This document shows positions 49,743-58,915 of a stretch of 64,000 nucleotides of DNA, piece by piece. The position numbers were made by a program, and so were the translations under genes. The notes under the pieces were generated by a model. That model saw nothing but the letters and a program-made list of their open reading frames with translations. It was not told where the DNA came from and did no database searches. Origin of the DNA: Fidelibacterota bacterium (GTDB lineage: Bacteria; Fidelibacterota; UBA8477; JABMPR01). Numbering within the stretch: position 1 is the stretch's first letter; each line of letters starts with the position of its first letter. The DNA lies in the NCBI GenBank assembly GCA_016845065.1, contig JAERTG010000023.1, forward strand, positions 167,553-231,552, written 5' to 3'.

Positions 49743-51446
49743 ATGATCAACGAAAGAATTAAACCACAAGCTTTTTCAATTTTGAGTCTGGCTATACTGT
49801 TTATGTCTTGCAGTCACTTACCAGAACCTACACCTCAAGAACCTCTTCAAAAGCTCACATCAACTTCTGAAATTCTGCTCACTTCAGCCAGTGGGAGTAA
49901 AATTGCAGCCCAGAAAAATGTCAAATTCAAATCTGGGCAGGCTGAGGGAGTTGTCCTCCGGGTTTTCCCTGATAGCGTTAAACAGACCATTGATGGTATA
50001 GGAACCTCGTTCACCGAGTCTTCAGCCTTCGTCCTGGCACATCTAGAGTCAGAACACCGCCAGGAAGTCATGCAAAAGATTTATGGGACTGATGGTGCCA
50101 ATTTCTCCCTCACCCGCACCCATATTGCCTCCTGTGATTTCTCCGTCGAAGGAAAATATTCCTACGCTGAGCAACCTGGTGATACTGCACTTACTTCGTT
50201 CACCATCGCTGAGGATACAGAGGGATTTCCAGTCAGCAAGTACCCTGGCATCAAGGATGAGAAGTACGACCTCCTCCCCATGATTCAGGAAGCCTTAAAA
50301 ATCAAACAAGACCAGCAAGATTCTGATCTCCGAATAATTGCATCGGCGTGGACTGCCCCACCATGGATGAAAGATATTGAAAAGTACTATCAGCCTATGA
50401 CAGCCGATAATGGCTGGCACGGCACTGGCGGGACCCTGAAACCTGAATATGTCAGCACGTACTCTGATTACATCCTTCGCTACCTCGAGGCTTACAAGGC
50501 AGCCGGTGTGAACATCTGGGGTCTTACTCCCGTAAATGAACCCCATGGTAATAATGGCCAGTGGGAAAGCATGAACTTTAGTCCCGAGACACAGAGCGAG
50601 TTTGTCCAGAAACATCTTGGTCCTGGTTTACGGGCAGGAGGTTTTGGAGATGCTAAACTTCTGATCTTTGATCAGAATCGTGATGGTATTGAAGAATGGA
50701 CAGATGTGCTCTTCCCAGCTGATAACGAGCATAAATACATTTATGGAATTGCAGTTCACTGGTATGAGAGTACATACAAAGTTTATGAGGATATTTTTGA
50801 CCGAGTACATGAAAAGTATCCTGAGTACTCAATCGTTCACACAGAGGGATGTATTGATGATCTTGGGAAACCGGCTCCTGATGATTGTACAGATCCAGTT
50901 GGCAGAACAGAAACAAACTGGTTCGACAATGATGATTTCTGGTGGTCTAAGTCCGCCTCTGATTGGGGATATGCAGTTCCATGGACTCCTGGGAATGGCA
51001 AAGATCATCCCCTTTACGTCCCAGTACATCGATATGCCCGCAATATCATAGTCAGCCTTGATCACTGGATGACCGGTTGGGTTGATTGGAACATCGTGTT
51101 GGACAGTCAGGGTGGTCCGAATCATGTCGGTAATTTTTGTGGTGCCCCAATCATGATAGACACAGCTACCCAGCATGTGTATTACACTCCCATATATTCC
51201 GTTTTAGCTCAGTTTAGCCGGACAATACGACCTGGTGATAAAGCACTCAAAACAGTGGTCAACAAAGCAGGTCTAAATGAGGATGATATACATTTCTGCG
51301 CCACTATTAATGCAAGTGGATTGATGAGTGTGCAGGTTTTGAACACATCTTCTTCTCCAATTCACTACAAGCTGCAAGTGGGAGATGAATTTGCTGATGT
51401 AATCATCCCAGAAAATTCAGTACAGACAGTGAGAGTACAGCTGTAA
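49743..51446 (+). CDS. GH30 (subfamily 1-like) lipoprotein, probable beta-1,6-glucan debranching enzyme
   Basis: Lipobox FMSC; RTHIASCDFS, ASAWTAPPWMK, VNEP acid/base, HTEGC nucleophile, WVDWNIVLD..GGPNHVGN. Confidence 0.88.
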   Translation: MINERIKPQAFSILSLAILFMSCSHLPEPTPQEPLQKLTSTSEILLTSASGSKIAAQKNVKFKSGQAEGVVLRVFPDSVKQTIDGIGTSFTESSAFVLAHLESEHRQEVMQKIYGTDGANFSLTRTHIASCDFSVEGKYSYAEQPGDTALTSFTIAEDTEGFPVSKYPGIKDEKYDLLPMIQEALKIKQDQQDSDLRIIASAWTAPPWMKDIEKYYQPMTADNGWHGTGGTLKPEYVSTYSDYILRYLEAYKAAGVNIWGLTPVNEPHGNNGQWESMNFSPETQSEFVQKHLGPGLRAGGFGDAKLLIFDQNRDGIEEWTDVLFPADNEHKYIYGIAVHWYESTYKVYEDIFDRVHEKYPEYSIVHTEGCIDDLGKPAPDDCTDPVGRTETNWFDNDDFWWSKSASDWGYAVPWTPGNGKDHPLYVPVHRYARNIIVSLDHWMTGWVDWNIVLDSQGGPNHVGNFCGAPIMIDTATQHVYYTPIYSVLAQFSRTIRPGDKALKTVVNKAGLNEDDIHFCATINASGLMSVQVLNTSSSPIHYKLQVGDEFADVIIPENSVQTVRVQL

Positions 51447-51506
51447 GACCCCGATATCGATTGTGATAAACGGTTAATAAGAATTTTATGATTAGAGGTA
51501 TTTAGA

Positions 51507-54500
51507 GTGAAATCTTCTCGTAAACCCAGCTACCAGTTGAACAAGAATGGTGATTTTCTTATAAGTAACTACAATTCAGCTAAGCCATTCTCAAGCTTTT
51601 TCCCAGGAATCGCAGGAAAAATGGGCATACCCATGTGGGTGTTCTATGTGAATCGCGGTCAGGGGATCTGCAGTATGGGTGTCCAGGACAAGGAGAATCC
51701 TATTATGGAATTTCTTCCTGCGAATTGGGCTTATCAATTGGCACCAACACAGGGGTTTAGAACCTTTTTAAAATTTCCTGAGGGTTCAGGAGTCAACTTT
51801 TATGAACCGTTTCAGGATCACTACCAGGATAAGGAAATTGAGCGTACTCAGACCATGCATATTTCACCCTCCCACCTGGTATTGGTAGAAGAAAACAAGA
51901 CTCTCGGGCTTCGTTTTACCGTTGAGTATCATTCTGTCCCTAATGAAAGTTACGCTGGTCTCATAAGAAATCTGCATATAACAAATTTAAACAACATTGA
52001 TGTATCCTTCGAGGGACTGGATGGTCTCCCACTCATTGTTCCTTTTGGCATTGGCAATTTCGGCTTGAAAAATATCCGCCGTTTGATGGAAGCATTTGTT
52101 GAAGTGAAAAACTATGACGCGAAAGCCCCATTGTTTAAGGCCAAAGTTAAGCCCGCTGATCGGCCCGATGTTGAAATGCTGGAACGCGGTAATTTTTATG
52201 TTGGATTTGAGAACATTCACAAGGGGTTGAAGAAACTAACCCCCATCGTTGATCCAGAGCGAATCTTTGGTACTCACAACGATTATATTTATCCTGATTT
52301 TTTCCTGAATACACCTTTTGATGCCCTTCTGGATCATCAGGCATTTGAGAATCGATATCCCTCAGCAATGAGCAAGTTTTCAACAGAATTAGGCGCCGGT
52401 GAGACATATACGGTGAGCTCTGTAATTGGTCATGCTGAATCTCAGGACGCTTTGAACTCCCAGTTACCAAACATCATGAGAAAAGACTATTTCTCCAAAA
52501 AAGCTCAGGAGAGTATCAACATTATCGATGAGTTGACTCAGAAAAATCTGGTGATAAGCCGTGAGCCTATTTTTGACATGTATGTCAGACAAAATTTTCT
52601 GGATAATGTGCTTCGTGGTGGTTTTCCCTATACTCTGGAAGGAAACCAGGCTAAATCTGTACTCCATCTTTATTCGAGAAAACATGGTGATCTTGAGCGC
52701 GATTATAATGACTATCGTATCACTCCCTCTCACTATTCCCAGGGTAACGGCAATTTTAGGGACATCAATCAAAATCGTCGCTCTGATTTATTGTTTAACC
52801 CTGATGTGGGCTCCGGAAACCTGGAACATTTTGTCAATCTCATTCAACTCGATGGGTTCAACCCCTTGGTACTAAAGGAAGTTAGGTACAGGGTTGAAGA
52901 TTTGAATTCTGCCACCCAAATAGTTAACAGTCATTTTAACTCAGGATTATCGTTTGAACTCCTCACCTTCCTCCAGGAGCCTGTCAGTCCAGGAGAATTG
53001 CTGGATTTTCTAAGGCAAAAAGACGTTGTGTTTGATGACAATGCTGATGTCTTATTGGGTGACCTCCTGGGAAGCTGCAAAAAAATCAATGATACAGATT
53101 TTGCAGAGGGATACTGGTCAGATCATTGGACTTATAACCTAGACCTTCTTGAAAATTATCTGAGCATTTATCCTGAGAGACTGAGACATATTCTATTTGA
53201 TTATCAGGAATTCACATTTCACGATAGTGATCATCGTGTACTTCCTCGTTCTGATAAATATGTAATCTGGGACGGTAAAGCGATGCAGCTAGATGCTGTT
53301 TTTCATGACAAAGAGAAAGCCACTCTCATCGCTTCCAGGAGCAAAGATCAACACCTCATGCGAGATGCTCATGGGCTGGGTCAAGTGGTTCAGACGACAC
53401 TTTTTGTGAAATTACTCAGCATTATCACCAATAAAATCGCTTCTCTGGATCCTTCAGGTATAGGTGTCGAAATGGAGACAGATAAGCCCAATTGGTATGA
53501 CGCATTAAATGGCTTGCCTGGTGTACTTGGTTCAAGTCTCAGTGAAACTATAGAAATCAAGCGTCACGCTGAATTCATTTTATCTGCTATGGATGAAATC
53601 CATCTTGCAGAAGAGATAGCTCTATACATTGAGCTACATGAATTCACCAGTATGGTATTCGCGGCACTCTCGAATGGTGGGAATGATTATACATATTGGG
53701 ATACCGTAAGCTCTGCAAAGGAAGAGTATCGTTCCAAAACCAGGATGGGTATCCATGGATCTGAAATAACTGTAAGTCAGGATTGGATCCAGGAGTTTCT
53801 CCAGGCTGTTGTAGGTAAGGTTGATCAAAGTATTGAGAAAGCGCTCTACTCGGATACGGGTATCCCTGGAACCTATTTTTATCATGAAGTCGCGGATTAT
53901 CAGCTTATCGATCGTATTGATGATCCGGGTACGAAGCATCCGAAACTCAATGGACGAGGCTTCCCTTGTTACCAGGCGAACTCCTTTAAATTAGTACGTC
54001 TACCTCTTTTTCTTGAGGGTCCCGTCCACTATCTCCGCACACTTCCAGAACGAGATATGGCCAAACAGCTGGCTAAAGATATTAAAAATAGTGGTCTTTA
54101 TGACAACGAGCTGGAAATGTATAAGGTTAATGCTGAATTGAGCGACCAACCCATGGAAATTGGTCGTGCAAGGGTGTTCTCGCCGGGATGGTTTGAGAAT
54201 GAATCGATATGGTTGCACATGGAATACAAATATATGCTGGAGCTACTTCGCAATGGTTTGTATGAAATTTTCTTCCAGGATTTCAAAAAAGTGTTCATCC
54301 CCTTTCTTGACCCTGAAGTGTACGGCCGCAGCATTTTGGAAAATTCATCCTTTCTGGTGAGCAGCGCAAATCCAAATCCTGACCTTCATGGTACTGGATT
54401 CGTCGCCCGACTTAGTGGCGCAACAGCTGAATTCATTCATATCCTCATGCAGATGGCCATGGGGCCAAGAGCTTTTTCAATCAATTCTACAGGTGAATTG

Positions 54501-54824
54501 AACTTTGCGCTGAAGCCCATGCTTCCCTCCTGGTTGTTTACGGAAGCAGAGCAAAAAACAACCGTCCTGATGGATGGAGTTCAGACTTCAATCTCAACGC
54601 CAGCCCACAGCTTCACCTTTATGCTGCTTAGTAATATACTGGTGACTTATCACAACCCCAAGCAGAAGGACACTTTTGGTCCCGATGGGGTTACACCTCA
54701 GGAATGGCTTCTTACGGACCCTAAGGGCCAATCTCAGAGCTTTCAGGGCTCCCTTCTGGGAGGGGAGCAAGCGGAGCAAATTAGATCGAAACAGATTAAA
54801 CGTATTGAGATCACACTAGGTTGA
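51507..54824 (+). CDS. Beta-1,3-glucan phosphorylase, GH161-type
   Basis: Cytoplasmic 1105 aa; KPFSSFFPGIAG..IPMWVFYVNRGQ N-terminus, YSRKHGDLERDYN, QGNGNFRD, WYDALNGLPG, ENESIWLHMEYKY. Confidence 0.8.
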   Translation: MKSSRKPSYQLNKNGDFLISNYNSAKPFSSFFPGIAGKMGIPMWVFYVNRGQGICSMGVQDKENPIMEFLPANWAYQLAPTQGFRTFLKFPEGSGVNFYEPFQDHYQDKEIERTQTMHISPSHLVLVEENKTLGLRFTVEYHSVPNESYAGLIRNLHITNLNNIDVSFEGLDGLPLIVPFGIGNFGLKNIRRLMEAFVEVKNYDAKAPLFKAKVKPADRPDVEMLERGNFYVGFENIHKGLKKLTPIVDPERIFGTHNDYIYPDFFLNTPFDALLDHQAFENRYPSAMSKFSTELGAGETYTVSSVIGHAESQDALNSQLPNIMRKDYFSKKAQESINIIDELTQKNLVISREPIFDMYVRQNFLDNVLRGGFPYTLEGNQAKSVLHLYSRKHGDLERDYNDYRITPSHYSQGNGNFRDINQNRRSDLLFNPDVGSGNLEHFVNLIQLDGFNPLVLKEVRYRVEDLNSATQIVNSHFNSGLSFELLTFLQEPVSPGELLDFLRQKDVVFDDNADVLLGDLLGSCKKINDTDFAEGYWSDHWTYNLDLLENYLSIYPERLRHILFDYQEFTFHDSDHRVLPRSDKYVIWDGKAMQLDAVFHDKEKATLIASRSKDQHLMRDAHGLGQVVQTTLFVKLLSIITNKIASLDPSGIGVEMETDKPNWYDALNGLPGVLGSSLSETIEIKRHAEFILSAMDEIHLAEEIALYIELHEFTSMVFAALSNGGNDYTYWDTVSSAKEEYRSKTRMGIHGSEITVSQDWIQEFLQAVVGKVDQSIEKALYSDTGIPGTYFYHEVADYQLIDRIDDPGTKHPKLNGRGFPCYQANSFKLVRLPLFLEGPVHYLRTLPERDMAKQLAKDIKNSGLYDNELEMYKVNAELSDQPMEIGRARVFSPGWFENESIWLHMEYKYMLELLRNGLYEIFFQDFKKVFIPFLDPEVYGRSILENSSFLVSSANPNPDLHGTGFVARLSGATAEFIHILMQMAMGPRAFSINSTGELNFALKPMLPSWLFTEAEQKTTVLMDGVQTSISTPAHSFTFMLLSNILVTYHNPKQKDTFGPDGVTPQEWLLTDPKGQSQSFQGSLLGGEQAEQIRSKQIKRIEITLG

Positions 54825-54864
54825 ATCAGTAACAACTAGACAATAATTCTTAAACGGGGAAAAA

Positions 54865-55950
54865 ATGAAACATTCACGATATTTAAAAATCTTTACAGTA
54901 GTTTTGACTGGCATGATCATATCATGTCAACCCCAAGTACCTGCAGGACCTGAAATGGATAATATTCCTGTTCCAAATGAGAACGCGGTTAATCAAGAAA
55001 AAACTTTCACTACCAGGCCATTCGTGCCTTTTCTAGATGGTAGATGGATCGGTAATGCTATTTCTTTTGGATGCTATCGTGAAGGTCAAGCTCCCCACGT
55101 GAAGGGACCCTCTGAGGAGGAAATCCTAGAAGATTTGAACATACTTTCAAAACATTGGAATCTTGTAAGAGTTTATGGTTCTGATGACGATAGTGAACGT
55201 GTGTTAAAGGTGATTCATGAGCATCAACTCCCCATGAAGGTGATGTTGGGAATCTGGCTTGAGAATGAGACAAAACGTCCAGAACGAAAACCTCATAATA
55301 TGGAGCAGGTTCGACGCGGTATTGAATTAGCCAATCGATTTCCCAAAGAGGTGATCGCAATTAATGTTGGGAATGAAACTCAAGTTGAATGGTCCTGGCA
55401 TGGAATGGAAATGGAAAATCTGATCAAGTATATCAGGACCGTGAGAGAAAGTGTGCCGCAGCCGGTAACAACAGCTGATGACTATAATTTTTGGAACAAG
55501 GATCACAGCCGGATGGTGGCTAAGGAGATCGATTTTATTGGTCTTCATGCATATCCCCTATGGAATGGAAAAACTCTAGAGAAATCTGTCGCCTGGATAG
55601 ATGCGATTTACAAATCCGCCAAAGCTTTTCACCCAGATCGGGAGATCATACTCAGTGAAACAGGCTGGGCAACAAAACATGACCCATCGAAACAAGGTCC
55701 AGGAGAAGAGGGTGCACTGGTCAAAACGGAGGTCAGTGTAAAGGCTCAGCAATCCTTCCTTGTGGAATTCAATAAATGGGTGGAAGAGCAGCAGGTAACC
55801 GTTTTTCTTTTTGAAGCCTTCGATGAACCATGGAAAGGTGGCGGTCTTGAATCTGGACCAGATGTAATGGAAAAACACTGGGGGGTTTTCAACGAAGATC
55901 GTACCCCTAAAGAATCCTTGAAAGCTTTCCTAAATACTAAGAAACATTAA
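54865..55950 (+). CDS. GH17 beta-1,3-glucanase lipoprotein
   Basis: Lipobox IISC; VRVYG, NVGNE acid/base, LSETGW nucleophile, FEAFDEPWK, EKHWG. Confidence 0.9.
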   Translation: MKHSRYLKIFTVVLTGMIISCQPQVPAGPEMDNIPVPNENAVNQEKTFTTRPFVPFLDGRWIGNAISFGCYREGQAPHVKGPSEEEILEDLNILSKHWNLVRVYGSDDDSERVLKVIHEHQLPMKVMLGIWLENETKRPERKPHNMEQVRRGIELANRFPKEVIAINVGNETQVEWSWHGMEMENLIKYIRTVRESVPQPVTTADDYNFWNKDHSRMVAKEIDFIGLHAYPLWNGKTLEKSVAWIDAIYKSAKAFHPDREIILSETGWATKHDPSKQGPGEEGALVKTEVSVKAQQSFLVEFNKWVEEQQVTVFLFEAFDEPWKGGGLESGPDVMEKHWGVFNEDRTPKESLKAFLNTKKH

Positions 55951-56022
55951 TCTAAACATAGTTTCTACGAAGATTTAACGACTCCCTTCGCCAGGAGCAC
56001 ATCGCATTGAAAGGTGTCAAAC

Positions 56023-58344
56023 ATGAAAGCAGGATTAGTCTTTAAAATAATACTGGCAACGATCCTAGGGTTGAGTGGATCTCTAGTTGCTCAAGTAGCC
56101 CCCATTAATTTTGAAGCTGAAGGTATTGGAGCAGATTGGACGTGGACATCTTTTGAAAACGACACAAATCCTCCTCTGACCATTGTTTCAAACCCTGGTG
56201 CAGACACTGTGAACGCCTCTGCAATGGTAGCTTCCTACACCACATTAACCACAGGTCAACCCTGGGCTGGTTTTGAATCTCTTCACGGTGCAGATATCGG
56301 ACCCTTCAGTTTTGATGTGACCAATAGTACGATTAAGCTTATGGTATACAAAACCGTTATCAGTGATGTCGGTGTTAAATTCGCCGAAGCCAATGGTGAA
56401 GCACAGCCAGAGGTAAAGGTTGCAAACACCTTGATCAACCAATGGGAAGAGCTGACATTTGACCTTTCTGGCAGCATCGGTGCTGGAATAACTGGCATAG
56501 TTGATCAGATCATTATTTTTCCCGACTTTGACCTGGTTGGAAGAACGACAGACAATACTTGTTACATAGATAATATCACTTTCTCCGGACAGGATCTACC
56601 CCCAGCGCCTGCTGCTCATGCACCATTACCTACAGCTCCTGCAGATGATGTCATTTCAGTATTCAGTGATTCATATACAAATCTTGCCCAAACCAATTTC
56701 AATCCTGGTTGGGGTCAGGAAACGGTAATGTCCGAGGTGATGATAGAGGGTAATAACACACTGCTTTACTCAAGCTTGGACTACCAGGGTATAGAGCTGG
56801 GAAGTGCTCAGGACCTAACTGAAATGGATTCGGTGCATGTGGACTTCTGGAGCGCTAATTCAACCGAATTGCAGATCTTTCTCATCAGTCAGTCCTCAGG
56901 AGAACAGGCCTACTCACTACCATTCGCTACTGAAACCTGGGTAAGTACCTACGTTCCCCTGTCTCATTTCACCGATCTTGGACTCTCAATAAGTGATATT
57001 TTCCAGCTTAAGTTTGTAGGCAATGGCGATGTGTATATTGACAATATTTATTTTGAAGGCGAAGGTGGTGGCCTGGAACCAACCCCCTATTTCCCAATCG
57101 ACTTTGAGATTGATGGTCATGGAGCTGACTGGACCTGGACTACCTTTGAAAATGGTGCCAACGATCCACTTGTTATCGGTACCAATCCAAGCACCACTGG
57201 AGTAAACGCTTCTGCAACCGTGGCATCAATGACAACCATGACTACGGGTGCGGCTTGGGCTGGTGTGGAGTCTCAACATGGTGCAGACATCGGTACTTTT
57301 TCACTTGATGCCAGCAATAGCACAATAAGTATCATGGTGTACAAACCCATTCTTAGTGATGTGGGGATTAAACTGGCAAAGCCTGATGGTTGGTCCATGG
57401 GAGAAATAAAAGTAGCCAATTCTGTTATTAATGAGTGGGAAGAGTTGACCTTCGATTTTTCATCACAGATGCAAGACGGCTATGATCAGATCGTCATTTT
57501 CCCAGACTTTGATCTTGCTGGCAGAACCACTGACAATACGTGTTACTTTGACAACATCACTTTTTCTGGTCAAGTGGTGCCAGCATCTCCTGTGGCTCAC
57601 GCTCCAATCCCTACATTGGCAGCAGAGGATGTTGTTTCGATATTTAGCGATTCCTATCCAAGCACTGCAGGTGTCAATTTGAACCCTGGCTGGGGACAGG
57701 CAACGGTGGTAAGTGAGGTAGAAATTGAACAAAACAATACTTTAGTTTATTCTGATTTGAATTATCAGGGCACAGAATTTCAAGCCATTGATGTAAGTGG
57801 TATGACTCACTTTCACCTGGACTTCTGGACAGGAAACTCAACTGCCCTGAATTTCTTTGTCATCAGTCAGACCCCTACAGTTGATAGTGATTACTTCACT
57901 CTCGCCATCACACCTGAACAGTGGATTAGCTTGGATATCCCCTTGACTGCATACCCAAATGTTGATCTAGCAGATGTGTTTCAGTTCAAGGTCGAAGGAA
58001 ATGGAACGATTTATTGGGACAACTTTTACTTCTATTCAAATACGGTTGCTGTTGATGATGAGAGAAAAGAGGTGATTCCCAGTGAATTTATTCTCGAACA
58101 GAATTTCCCTAATCCTTTCAACCCTGGAACCTCAGTAAACTACAGAATCGCTGAATCCGGGTCTGTAACACTCAAGATTTATAACATTTTGGGGCAAGAG
58201 GTTGTGACCTTGGTTGATGGATTTGCGTCACCTGGCTATTATAGTACTCATTTAGATGCGAACCACCTGGCCGCTGGCACCTACTTCTATGCGCTTACAT
58301 CTGGAAATCAGAGAATTGTTAAAAAGATGGTGTTGATCAAATAG
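56023..58344 (+). CDS. Non-catalytic secreted protein with tandem A-B-A-B putative carbohydrate-binding modules and T9SS-type CTD
   Basis: Module A (PIxFE..GADWTWTxFEN) twice, module B (DVxSxFSDSY..NPGWGQ) twice; QNFPNPFNP..KKMVLIK. Confidence 0.8.
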   Translation: MKAGLVFKIILATILGLSGSLVAQVAPINFEAEGIGADWTWTSFENDTNPPLTIVSNPGADTVNASAMVASYTTLTTGQPWAGFESLHGADIGPFSFDVTNSTIKLMVYKTVISDVGVKFAEANGEAQPEVKVANTLINQWEELTFDLSGSIGAGITGIVDQIIIFPDFDLVGRTTDNTCYIDNITFSGQDLPPAPAAHAPLPTAPADDVISVFSDSYTNLAQTNFNPGWGQETVMSEVMIEGNNTLLYSSLDYQGIELGSAQDLTEMDSVHVDFWSANSTELQIFLISQSSGEQAYSLPFATETWVSTYVPLSHFTDLGLSISDIFQLKFVGNGDVYIDNIYFEGEGGGLEPTPYFPIDFEIDGHGADWTWTTFENGANDPLVIGTNPSTTGVNASATVASMTTMTTGAAWAGVESQHGADIGTFSLDASNSTISIMVYKPILSDVGIKLAKPDGWSMGEIKVANSVINEWEELTFDFSSQMQDGYDQIVIFPDFDLAGRTTDNTCYFDNITFSGQVVPASPVAHAPIPTLAAEDVVSIFSDSYPSTAGVNLNPGWGQATVVSEVEIEQNNTLVYSDLNYQGTEFQAIDVSGMTHFHLDFWTGNSTALNFFVISQTPTVDSDYFTLAITPEQWISLDIPLTAYPNVDLADVFQFKVEGNGTIYWDNFYFYSNTVAVDDERKEVIPSEFILEQNFPNPFNPGTSVNYRIAESGSVTLKIYNILGQEVVTLVDGFASPGYYSTHLDANHLAAGTYFYALTSGNQRIVKKMVLIK

Positions 58345-58359
58345 GTTAATATCCCACTT

Positions 58360-58481
58360 GATTCGGTGCGGATTTGGTGTTCGCGACGCTCCACCTTCCT
58401 CCGCAAGCTTCCGCTGGAAGCCTTGCTACGGTTGAACCGAATCTTTGCTATGCAAAGAAAGGCGGTTCTGCATCATGCCCC
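58360..58481. repeat. Nested palindromic non-coding element with tRNA T-arm-like pieces
   Basis: GATTCGGT/ACCGAATC, GCAAGCTTCC/GGAAGCCTTGC, CTTTGC/GCAAAG and GAACCG/CGGTTC inverted repeats. Confidence 0.45.
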
Positions 58482-58482
58482 A

Positions 58483-58522
58483 TAAAAAAACAAAATGGCC
58501 CCTCATGGGACCATTTTATTTT
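58483..58522. terminator. Intrinsic terminator downstream of the tRNA-CAT 3' fragment (likely bidirectional)
   Basis: AAAATGGCCCC-TCAT-GGGACCATTTT hairpin flanked by A7 and T-rich runs. Confidence 0.7.
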
Positions 58523-58523
58523 C

Positions 58524-58565
58524 GTAGCAGGGGGCGGATTTGAACCGCCGACACCCGGCTTATGA
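58524..58565 (-). pseudogene. 3' half of a tRNA with CAT anticodon (att-site-like fragment)
   Basis: Minus strand TCATAA-GCCGG-GTGTC-GGCGG TTCAAAT CCGCC-CCCTGCT-AC; no 5' half upstream. Confidence 0.8.
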
Positions 58566-58668
58566 AGTCTATAAATAGATTCTCTATACCTCTAAATATT
58601 AACTACTTACGACGCTTAGTGGTTGACGGGTATACCGAAATAGGTATACCGGACGTCCATTTTGGATA

Positions 58669-58746
58669 CAGAGTCCGGTTGAATGCACTGCACTCCAAAT
58701 GCAGCGTACCTTCGGGTACCGGGGGTTCGAATCCCTCACTCTCCGC
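58669..58746 (+). pseudogene. 5'-truncated Ser-type (long variable arm) tRNA with CCA anticodon
   Basis: D-loop GAGTCCGGTTGAA, stem CTGCA/TGCAG with loop CTCCAAA, variable arm GTACC-TTCG-GGTAC, T-arm GGGGG-TTCGAAT-CCCTC, ACTCTCC-G; 5' acceptor strand absent. Confidence 0.8.
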
Positions 58747-58915
58747 TCTTGTTTTACAACAACTTAGGTGCCAGCTACTCAACAATCTCCTAGTGCATAT
58801 TGTGGCACTTTTTGAGACATTTCACGCCACCTCACGCCATATTCTTTGACATTACTTTGACACAGTCGTAGTTGAACGTTTAGATTTTCTAATATTATCA
58901 TCAGTTGTGTAATGT

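Noticed and set aside
58660..58746. Functional tRNA-Trp or tRNA-Sec gene
   Set aside because: No 5' acceptor strand; body is Ser-type; anticodon is CCA, not TCA; no permuted 5' piece found nearby
58374..58849. ORFs 58374-58565, 58562-58849 and 58603-58785
   Set aside because: Translations of tRNA-derived sequence (GGFEPPT, GGSNPSLSA, EGFEPP)
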